A DNA stretch of 11,692 nt from assembly GCA_036559905.1 (NCBI GenBank), contig DATBSF010000208.1, positions 1-11,692 on the forward strand, in the 5' to 3' direction. The notes below the pieces were generated by a model that was not told where the DNA came from, searched no databases, and saw nothing but the letters and a program-made list of their open reading frames with translations. The position numbers were made by a program, and so were the translations under genes. This DNA comes from Thermoanaerobaculia bacterium. GTDB lineage: Bacteria > Acidobacteriota > Thermoanaerobaculia > Gp7-AA8. Shown piece by piece: positions 1-6,269 of this stretch (the first letter of the stretch is position 1; each line of letters starts with the position of its first letter).

Positions 1-506
1 TCGCCGGATGCATCTGCGGTCGGTGTCCGGATGTCATGAATCGCGAAATGATCTCCGAGCGGCAAAATCTGAGGTTCACTCCAAGTCTGACCCGTACGAG
101 AAATGGATACGAGCGCAGTTCGCCATGTGAAATTTGCGGGATTATCTACCTCGTGAATGCGGTCGCTCGTCGCATATAGGACATGGATGACACCATCACC
201 ACCGACAAACACGCTCATGTTCCTCACGAATCGGCTATCGCCAATCATCGGCGGTGTCGGAACAGTCAGAGCGCGCCGGAGAGGGACGTGCTCCGCAGGC
301 TGCAGTGCTTGCAAGTCGGCGGAGATTGCTGCCGGCGGCTTGCGCATCAAGAGTTCCAATAAAGCTTGACCGTCGCCCAGAGTACGGACGCGATCAACGA
401 GATTAGAGTCCGACGCGTTGATCAGAGGTCGAGCCGTTTCGGAAGCGGCACCCGCCGCAGTCGTAAGGCAGGTCAATGTCAGCGTGACGACGGGGCGCCA
501 TCTCAT
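1..506 (-). CDS. Secreted protein of unknown function, N-terminal 168 aa only (C-terminus beyond window start); possible BNR/Asp-box-like motif
   Basis: Hand translation of the minus frame from ATG (complement of 504-506) to position 3 shows no stop codon (no tta/cta/tca triplets in that frame). The N-terminus MRWRPVVTLTLTCLTTAAGAASETA looks like a signal peptide. A later SISRTGQTWSEP resembles the S-x-D-x-G-x-T-W Asp-box. The ORF is absent from the supplied track, which appears to require an in-window stop. Confidence 0.5.
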   Translation of the reverse strand, partial: MRWRPVVTLTLTCLTTAAGAASETARPLINASDSNLVDRVRTLGDGQALLELLMRKPPAAISADLQALQPAEHVPLRRALTVPTPPMIGDSRFVRNMSVFVGGDGVIHVLYATSDRIHEVDNPANFTWRTALVSISRTGQTWSEPQILPLGDHFAIHDIRTPTADASG

Positions 507-535
507 TGGCTCTAACGAGAGTACATCGTGAACTC

Positions 536-566
536 GTGGGCGCCACCCGCTTCCGGTGGCGCCCAC
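536..566. other. GC-rich hairpin (12-bp stem GTGGGCGCCACC/GGTGGCGCCCAC, 7-nt loop) between the SPFH stop and the downstream gene start
   Basis: Perfect inverted repeat read directly from the sequence, lying 9 nt after the SPFH stop on the minus strand. No U-tract follows on either strand, so it is not a canonical intrinsic terminator. Confidence 0.5.
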
Positions 567-574
567 CCTCTTTG

Positions 575-1675
575 CTACAGCAGTTTCACGACCTTGCTGG
601 CCAGGCCCTCGTCGCCGAGCAGCACGGTCAGGTTCGCCTTGTCGGCAACCTTCTCCAGGACCTCGAGCTCCTTCAGCTTCATCAGCGTCGGGTTCGACTC
701 GAGAATCTTGGCCGTGTTGGCCTGCATCCGCATCGACGCCGTCTCTTCACGCCGCGTGATCAGCGACGCTTCGGCGGCCTTCTTCGCTTCCGTGACCTTG
801 TTCATCAGCTCCTTCATCTCGCCCGGCAGGATGATGTCCCTGACGCCCGAGTTCACGACGGTGATACCCAGCTCCGCGGCCCGCGGCCGGATCCGCTCGG
901 ACAGCTCGCTGCCGAGAGCGTCCTTGCTGACCAGCAGCGTGTCGAGATCCTTCGCGCCGACTGCCTCCCGCAGCGCAAGCTGCGCGCTCCGGTACAGCGC
1001 CTGCGGCGCTCCGTCGACTTCCATCACCGACCGCAGCGGATCGATGACGCGATAGGCGACCAGCGCATTCAGACGCAGCGTGACCTTGTCGGCGGTCATG
1101 ATTTCCTGACCGCTGATGTCGAGCACCAGCTCCTTCAGCTCGACGTCGACGAGCTTCAGCCGGCCGACGCCCTTCCAGAACGCGTACGTTCCGGCGCCGA
1201 GGGTCGACTGATAGGCGCCGTCGCGGAAGTAAACCGCAACGTGGCCCGGCTCGACCTGCATCGTCTCGAGCATCGCGCTCGCGCCCGGCGACCGCACGAT
1301 CGCCGGAAGCTCCGCGTGTACGAGCTGCATCGGACGCGCGTCGATCACCTCGACGCGCACCTTCCGCTCGACGGTCCAGAGTGCGTACAGACCCGGCTCG
1401 AGAATCTTCGCGAACCGGCTGTCGATCCAGACCAGCGCCCGCTCGTAGTCGTGCAGGTCGATGACGATCGCTTCGTCGCCGAGCTTGCCCGACTTCACGA
1501 TGACGTCGAGATCCTTGTGGACCAGCCACGGATCCCGCGCCGAGACGATCTGAAGCCGCAGCTTCAGGAGCGGATCGAGGTACCAGTGAACGCCAGGCCG
1601 CAGCACGGCGATGAGCTGACCTTCGCGCCACAGGAGTCCTCGATCGTGAGTCTTGATTTTGATTCGATGAATCAT
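575..1675 (-). CDS. SPFH/band-7 (stomatin/prohibitin/HflK-C superfamily, slipin-like) protein with a ~170-aa N-terminal extension and a C-terminal coiled-coil; no predicted TM segment
   Basis: 366-aa ORF. The SPFH core is recognisable (…TADKVTLRLNALVAYRVIDPLRSV…LREAVGAKDLDTLLVSKDALGSELSE…GITVVNSGVRDIILPGEMKELMNKVTEAKKAAEA…). A strong Shine-Dalgarno site (AAAGGAGGT, complement of 1678-1690) sits upstream of the ATG. The antisense 479-aa R-rich ORF 506..1945 is a shadow ORF. Confidence 0.85.
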   Translation of the reverse strand: MIHRIKIKTHDRGLLWREGQLIAVLRPGVHWYLDPLLKLRLQIVSARDPWLVHKDLDVIVKSGKLGDEAIVIDLHDYERALVWIDSRFAKILEPGLYALWTVERKVRVEVIDARPMQLVHAELPAIVRSPGASAMLETMQVEPGHVAVYFRDGAYQSTLGAGTYAFWKGVGRLKLVDVELKELVLDISGQEIMTADKVTLRLNALVAYRVIDPLRSVMEVDGAPQALYRSAQLALREAVGAKDLDTLLVSKDALGSELSERIRPRAAELGITVVNSGVRDIILPGEMKELMNKVTEAKKAAEASLITRREETASMRMQANTAKILESNPTLMKLKELEVLEKVADKANLTVLLGDEGLASKVVKLL

Positions 1676-1984
1676 TCTGGTACCTCCTTTCCCTTCCGGC
1701 CGCCGAACGATGTCGTTTGTGTAGCCGCGGCCATCAGACCTTTGTTGAGAAACCGGCCGCGAATCGCTTCGGCGATTGCCACGCCTTCGAAGCGGAGCGC
1801 GTGTCGCCGGGGAGCTCGCAAAGCGCTCAATCGCACTTCACACTTGCGATGCTCCCCGCGGTCCGCGCGCTGCAAGGCTTCGTCGCGCGCTTGCCATTCG
1901 TGCAGACATGGCGGGCAATTCGCGGTTGCTTTCCGCGGTCGGTGATCACTTACGGCGATCAGTCGTCGAAACTTTCCGTAGGCC

Positions 1985-2035
1985 CTCTATGGGCGACAGG
2001 ATTCGAACCTGTTCTTCACCGTGTGCGATAGAGCC
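1985..2035 (-). other. tRNA-like 3' remnant: canonical T-arm (ACAGG-TTCGAAT-CCTGT) plus acceptor-like 3' strand, enclosed by a CTCTAT/ATAGAG inverted repeat; no matching 5' half
   Basis: The plus strand 1989-2012 reads ATGGGCGACAGGATTCGAACCTGT, the reverse complement of a textbook tRNA T-stem-loop followed by an acceptor 3' strand. The complementary 5' acceptor strand (ATGGGCG, or TGGGCGA for the alternative register) is absent from the upstream ~90 nt. Attempts to fold anticodon and D arms fail. Confidence 0.45.
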
Positions 2036-2103
2036 CTCCTTCGTTAGAACCCGTTCACGGAACGCGCGCTCTGCGCGCCGCCGGCCCGGACGGTGTTTAT
2101 CGC

Positions 2104-2143
2104 CAAAAACAAAAAGCCCCTTCGGCTCGTCGCCGAAGGGGCT
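2104..2143 (-). terminator. Rho-independent terminator (12-bp GC-rich stem AGCCCCTTCGGC/GCCGAAGGGGCT, 5-nt loop, then TTTTTGTTTTTGG on the minus strand), ~170 nt downstream of the SGNH hydrolase stop
   Basis: Perfect inverted repeat at 2115-2126/2132-2143 followed on the minus strand by a U-rich tract (plus 2104-2114 is A-rich). It overlaps a 16-nt perfect palindrome GGCTCTGATCAGAGCC (2139-2154). Confidence 0.7.
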
Positions 2144-2316
2144 CTGATCAGAGCCTGTTCTTGTGACGAACCTTAAATCGCGGACACCTCTCCACCGAAC
2201 GCGCAAAGCAATTCGGGTCGGTTTTTCTGCGAGATTCTGGTCAGTAGACACGTCATAGGGTGGCGCACCTTAGCAGTCCGCATTAGACGCTGTCAAGAAA
2301 ACTTTTGTTTACGCGT

Positions 2317-3018
2317 TCATAAAACAGGCGCGATTCGCGCCGCAATGAGCGCGTAGCCCGCCGTCGATGGATGAAAGTGATCGCGAGGACTCAGCGAGTC
2401 GCGTGAAGAAAAAATATCCGCGATGCGAACGACATCCACCGCGGAATCCTCGGCGAATCGCATGATCAAACGCGAATCCCATCGATTCACCAGGCGATCG
2501 AGAGATCTCTGTCGATACGGATCGTAGAGGCCGAGGAGAATGATTCGCGCTGAAGGATTGATCCTTTCGATTCTGTGGACGACCAATTCCGTTCGCGCCA
2601 GCACGGCCTGCATTGCACAGTCGGCGCAAAACAGCACCATCGCGCGGGAGAGCGTGTCGCCGTACAGATCGTTGCCTCCGATCGAAACGACCACCGTGTC
2701 AGCAATACGAACGAGCTTCTGTGCGTAGGACGTTTTCAGGAGGCGAAGGACGTCTCGCGTTCTTGCGCCATTGATTCCGAGGTTCGCGGTGGGGGCGAAG
2801 TGAACACCGCGCGAGGCCAGTTCGCGATCGAGAAATCCGGCGATGCCGTGATTCGATTCATCCCCGGCGCCGTGCGCGACTGAATCGCCAAGCACGGCGA
2901 CTCTTATCACGTCGTCGGCCCATATACTGTTTTGTGAGACGCGAGCGGATCGGATCTCGAGCAGAGTCAGACCGGCCGTTGTCGCCGCGAAGACACTAAG
3001 CGCCAGAAACCGTCTCAC
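2317..3018 (-). CDS. Secreted SGNH/GDSL-family hydrolase (lipase/esterase-like)
   Basis: 233 aa with an N-terminal signal peptide (MRRFLALSVFAATTAGLTLL). It has the block I GDS motif (VLGDSVAHG), block III GGND (SIGGNDL) and a block V DxxH (DHFHPS). GTG start at 3018. The stop is 33 nt after the racemase stop, in the same orientation. Confidence 0.8.
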   Translation of the reverse strand: MRRFLALSVFAATTAGLTLLEIRSARVSQNSIWADDVIRVAVLGDSVAHGAGDESNHGIAGFLDRELASRGVHFAPTANLGINGARTRDVLRLLKTSYAQKLVRIADTVVVSIGGNDLYGDTLSRAMVLFCADCAMQAVLARTELVVHRIERINPSARIILLGLYDPYRQRSLDRLVNRWDSRLIMRFAEDSAVDVVRIADIFSSRDSLSPRDHFHPSTAGYALIAARIAPVL

Positions 3019-3051
3019 GATGTTGGGTACGGCCTGGCGCGTCCGATGTTG

Positions 3052-4002
3052 CTAGTTGATGCCCCACGACAGCGGATCGCGCTCGTCGATGATCAGCGTC
3101 GCCTCCGCGGTGACGTACGCGCTTCCGCGAACGGTCGGGCGGATCACTCCATCGATAACATCGACTGAACCGTCGAACACCGTGCCCACGATGCTCTCCT
3201 GCCGCCAGTTCTCTTTCTCCGCCAGCACGCCGTCCTCGAACAGGCAGGCCAGCTTCGCGCTCATGCCGGTGCCGCACGGCGACCGGCCATACGCCTTCCC
3301 GAAGCGGAGAACGAAATTGCGGCTGCGCGCGTCGCGCCGCAGCGGTGGTCCGAAAAGCGCTACGGAGTCGATCTTCTCGCCATTCGCGCCCGTGATTCCG
3401 TCGCGCGTCAGCGCGTCACGAATCGATCGAGTCACCTCCGTGAGCCGTTCAACGCGCCCGAAACTGAGATCCTCGCTGTGATCATTCACCAGGAAAAACC
3501 AATTGCCGCCCCACGCGACGTCGCCGGTGAACTGCGTTGATGCATTGACGTTGATGGCTACATTTGCGCGGTGCCGGAAGCTGGCGACATTCTGGATCGA
3601 GACATCTCCTGATGCATGCAGCTCGGCGGTGACGACGCCAACCGGCGTTTCGATGCGGTGCGATCCGACGCCCTTGATGAGGCCGAGGTATTCGAGTGTC
3701 GCGATGAGGCCGATGATTCCGTGACCGCACATGCCGAGGTAGCCGGTGCTGTCGAAGAAGATCACGCCGGTCGTGCAGGATGGATCGGTCGGCGGGCACA
3801 GGAGAGCGCCGACCAAAGCGTCCGAGCCGCGCGGCTCCCCGACGACGATCGAGCGGAATCGATCGTGACTCGTCCGAAACCTGTTGAGCCGTTCCTTGAG
3901 AGATCCCTCGCCGAGATGCGGACCGCCGTCGACGACAACGCGCGTCGGCTGGCCAGCCGTGTGGGAATCGACCACACGCATCATGCGGAGGGAGCTGCCC
4001 AT
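3052..4002 (-). CDS. Proline racemase family enzyme (proline racemase / 4-hydroxyproline 2-epimerase type; both catalytic Cys present)
   Basis: 316 aa. The N-terminus MRVVDSHTAGQPTRVV matches the family signature. Two catalytic-Cys motifs are present (…GYLGMCGHG… and …SPCGTGMSAK…). A Cys/Cys pair points to the racemase/epimerase subgroup rather than the Cys/Thr dehydratase subgroup. Confidence 0.85.
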   Translation of the reverse strand: MGSSLRMMRVVDSHTAGQPTRVVVDGGPHLGEGSLKERLNRFRTSHDRFRSIVVGEPRGSDALVGALLCPPTDPSCTTGVIFFDSTGYLGMCGHGIIGLIATLEYLGLIKGVGSHRIETPVGVVTAELHASGDVSIQNVASFRHRANVAINVNASTQFTGDVAWGGNWFFLVNDHSEDLSFGRVERLTEVTRSIRDALTRDGITGANGEKIDSVALFGPPLRRDARSRNFVLRFGKAYGRSPCGTGMSAKLACLFEDGVLAEKENWRQESIVGTVFDGSVDVIDGVIRPTVRGSAYVTAEATLIIDERDPLSWGIN

Positions 4003-4069
4003 GATGCGGCGGATTCTACGCCACGGAGACGCTCGGCGGTCTTTTCACGATCCGAGGTATCCTCGGGCC

Positions 4070-4291
4070 GTGACGAACAAAGTCGTTCACAGCGATCCAG
4101 AGATCATGAGCGGAGAGCCCGTTTTCGTTGGGACGCGCGTGCCGGTGCGCAACCTCTTCGACTATCTGGAGGCTGGCGACACTCTGGAGAGATTTCTCGA
4201 CGAGTTTCCGTCCGTAACCAGAGAGCAGGCTATTGCCGCGCTCGAGATCGGGAGACAAGCGGTGACAGCCATTGCGTATTCTTATCGATGA
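4070..4291 (+). CDS. DUF433-family small protein (antitoxin-like partner of DUF5615); start uncertain (GTG 4070 preferred; ATG 4001 and the track's 3884 start are less likely)
   Basis: The C-terminal 70 aa (…HSDPEIMSGEPVFVGTRVPVRNLFDYLEAGDTLERFLDEFPSVTREQAIAALE…) match the DUF433 core. The track's 3884 start would put 40 codons antisense inside the racemase gene. An ATG at 4001 would overlap the racemase start codon back-to-back (CATGATG), leaving no promoter space. GTG at 4070 gives a typical ~74-aa protein. Confidence 0.6.
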   Translation: MTNKVVHSDPEIMSGEPVFVGTRVPVRNLFDYLEAGDTLERFLDEFPSVTREQAIAALEIGRQAVTAIAYSYR

Positions 4292-4709
4292 GTCGCTTCC
4301 GCGTTCTCTAGCGGGCGAATTCGTGGACTATGAAGTTTCCACCGTCCGCGAACAACGGTGGAATGGGCTACGGAATGGCGTCCTGCTTCGTGCCGCTGCC
4401 GAGGCAGGTTTCGACGTTCTCCTCACCGGCGATCGTTCGCTGCCGTACCAACAGAACCTGGCTGCGATTGGAATCTCAGTGCTCGTTCTCACGGGCGTTC
4501 ATCACAAGATCGAGGAGCTTCGACTCCTCACTTCGCAAATCCGGAGCGTCTTGCCTCTCTTGAAACCCGGCGATGCGTACGAAATCACACCGCTGAAAGG
4601 CGACGCGATCTGTGATCGGCAGGCTTGCGATTTGATACGCTTCCCCCTCACACAAAACGGAGGAAGCCATGACCAACCGCGAGTTTTTCATCACACGTTG
4701 GGAGGCTGA
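4272..4709 (+). CDS. DUF5615-family protein (PIN-like/Mut7-C-like putative toxin partner of DUF433), TTG start, with ~35-aa C-terminal tail
   Basis: The N-terminus MRILIDESLPRSLAGEF…VSTVREQRWNGLRNGVLLRAAAEAGFDVLLTGDRSL is typical of DUF5615. It overlaps the DUF433 stop by 20 nt and the DinB-like start by 41 nt. Confidence 0.6.
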   Translation: MRILIDESLPRSLAGEFVDYEVSTVREQRWNGLRNGVLLRAAAEAGFDVLLTGDRSLPYQQNLAAIGISVLVLTGVHHKIEELRLLTSQIRSVLPLLKPGDAYEITPLKGDAICDRQACDLIRFPLTQNGGSHDQPRVFHHTLGG

Positions 4710-5154
4710 ACAGCCGGCATTCATCAAGGTCCTGCGAGCGATTCCTGAAGGGCAGCTCGCTTACAAGCCGCACGAGCGTTCGTCGGCCGCCGGCCCGCTC
4801 GCCTGGCAGCTCGCCGAGGAGCAGAAACAGCTCTGCGAGCTCCTGGATACCGGGAAGATCAACTTCGAAGTGAAACTCCATCCAGAAAAAGTCAGCGACA
4901 TCGCGACCGCGTATGAGAAAGCCACCAATGATCTGCGCGGAAAGTTGAAGGCTGCCAGCGAAGAGAAGTGGTCGGGCAAGGGAGACTTTCTCTCGAAAGG
5001 CAAAGTCGTGTGGTCGGACACCGTGCAGAACCTCTGCTGGGGCTATCTCTTCGACATGGTCCACCACCGCGGTCAGCTCAGCGCATACCTGCGACCAATG
5101 GGCGGCAAAGTGCCGGCGATCTACGGACCCTCGGCGGACGACGCCGGCGCATGA
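4669..5154 (+). CDS. DinB/YfiT-like (DinB_2 superfamily) four-helix-bundle protein
   Basis: 161 aa. A good RBS (GGAGGA) lies 8 nt upstream of the ATG. The C-terminal …FDMVHHRGQLSAYLR… motif is characteristic of the DinB/YfiT superfamily. Its stop overlaps the next start as ATGA (5151-5154). Confidence 0.6.
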   Translation: MTNREFFITRWEAEQPAFIKVLRAIPEGQLAYKPHERSSAAGPLAWQLAEEQKQLCELLDTGKINFEVKLHPEKVSDIATAYEKATNDLRGKLKAASEEKWSGKGDFLSKGKVVWSDTVQNLCWGYLFDMVHHRGQLSAYLRPMGGKVPAIYGPSADDAGA

Positions 5155-6269
5155 AAACCTTCTGCGCTTTTCTCCTGTTCGCCTCCGTCGCGAGCGCGCA
5201 GGAGATCGTCAATGTCGACGGACGCAACGTCCGAATTCGCGTCGAAGGCACCGGCTCGCCGGCCGTCATCTTCGAGTCAGGCCTCGGCGGCGACGGCGTG
5301 AATTCATGGACGCCGATCTTTCCGGAGATCGCGAAGATGACGCGCGCGTTTGCCTACGATCGCGCCGGCATCGGCAAGTCCGATGCGATTGCCACGCCGC
5401 GAACGTACAACGCGATCGTGTCGGAACTGCACGCAATCCTGCAGAACCAGAAGATCGCACCGCCTTACATCCTGGTCGGCCATTCGTACGGCGGCGCGCT
5501 CGTCCGCGCCTTCTACGCGCTGTATCCGTCCGAGGTGAGCGGGATCGTGTTCGTGGATCCGATGACGGAGACGTTGTTCCAGAACAACGCCAAAGAATCC
5601 GTCGCGCAACAGGAAGCGATGATGGGCAGCGCGCCGGCAGGCATTCGTGCGGAATGGGATTTTCTGAAGGGCGAAGCTCTCAACAACTCTCCGATTCTGA
5701 GAACGGTTCGAAAACCGGACGTACCCATGGCGCTGCTGGTCGCGCGCATCAATCGACCTGACGGGTGGGCGAAAGCAGTCATGCAGCAATACGGCCCATG
5801 GATCCGAGATCGCGAAGACAGCTCGATGATCGTGACCGCGAACAGCTCGCACTACATTCAACGCGATCAACCGGAGCTCGTCATCGGCGCCATCCGTTCG
5901 ATGCTCTATCCCAACGCCCTCGGCGCCCTTGAACGCACGCTTCATGAAAAAGGCGCCGACGCCGCGGTCGCACTCTTTCGGCAGCAGCAGGCTCGATATC
6001 CGAAGGGTGAAATCAGCCCGCGGATTCTTAACACGCTCGGCTACATGCAGATTCGCGAGAAGCGCATCGATGATGCTCTCCGCTTTTTCTCACTCAACGT
6101 CGAGACGTTTCCGGATGATGCGAACGTTTACGACAGCCTGGCCGAGGCATACGCAGCCAAGGGCGATCGGAGCGCGGCGCTTGCGAATTACCGCAAGGCG
6201 TTGAAGATGGATCCGACAAACACTAACGCCGCGGCGTGGATCGCGAAGCTCGAGAAAGAGCCGCGGTGA
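5151..6269 (+). CDS. Secreted alpha/beta-hydrolase fold protein with C-terminal TPR-like repeats
   Basis: Real start is the ATG at 5151 (MKTFCAFLLFASVASAQE signal peptide); the track's 4968 start is an upstream extension. Nucleophile elbow GHSYGG is present. Possible acid/His residues appear later (…VDPMTE…, …SSHYIQRDQP…). C-terminal …YDSLAEAYAAKGDRSAALANYRKALKMDP… is TPR-like. The stop overlaps the next start (TGATG at 6267-6271). Confidence 0.75.
   Translation: MKTFCAFLLFASVASAQEIVNVDGRNVRIRVEGTGSPAVIFESGLGGDGVNSWTPIFPEIAKMTRAFAYDRAGIGKSDAIATPRTYNAIVSELHAILQNQKIAPPYILVGHSYGGALVRAFYALYPSEVSGIVFVDPMTETLFQNNAKESVAQQEAMMGSAPAGIRAEWDFLKGEALNNSPILRTVRKPDVPMALLVARINRPDGWAKAVMQQYGPWIRDREDSSMIVTANSSHYIQRDQPELVIGAIRSMLYPNALGALERTLHEKGADAAVALFRQQQARYPKGEISPRILNTLGYMQIREKRIDDALRFFSLNVETFPDDANVYDSLAEAYAAKGDRSAALANYRKALKMDPTNTNAAAWIAKLEKEPR

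Noticed and set aside
506-1945. 479-aa plus-strand ORF and 294-aa minus-strand ORF (747..1631) overlapping the SPFH gene
   Set aside because: Arg/Ala/Gly/Pro-rich, low-complexity translations typical of alternative frames in high-GC DNA. The SPFH frame has clear family motifs and an SD site, so these are shadow ORFs.
1985-2080. Complete canonical tRNA (including long-variable-arm or tRNA-Sec models) on the minus strand
   Set aside because: Only the T-arm and a 3' acceptor-like strand fold. Anticodon-stem, D-arm and 5' acceptor pairings fail for 73- to 95-nt models, so it is reported as a remnant or tRNA-like element instead.
1946-2251. 101-aa minus-strand ORF spanning the terminator and tRNA-like remnant
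   Set aside because: It runs through a strong terminator hairpin and the tRNA-like element, has no RBS or motif, and lies in the AT-richer intergenic stretch. It is most likely non-coding.
1985-2360. tmRNA (ssrA) gene on the minus strand ending in the tRNA-like T-arm/acceptor
   Set aside because: No 5' strand complementary to the 3' acceptor (CGCCCAT) anywhere in the upstream 400 nt. No reading frame ending in an A-rich tag (…ALAA-stop); the only TAA-terminated frames give L-L-C-A-F-G-G-E-V-S-A-I or similar. The region is better explained by a terminator plus 3' UTR.
3616-4311. 231-aa plus-strand ORF antisense to the proline racemase gene, and the 3884 start of the DUF433 ORF
   Set aside because: R/D/A-rich shadow frame. 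The recognisable DUF433 domain only begins near 4080, so the upstream extension is spurious.
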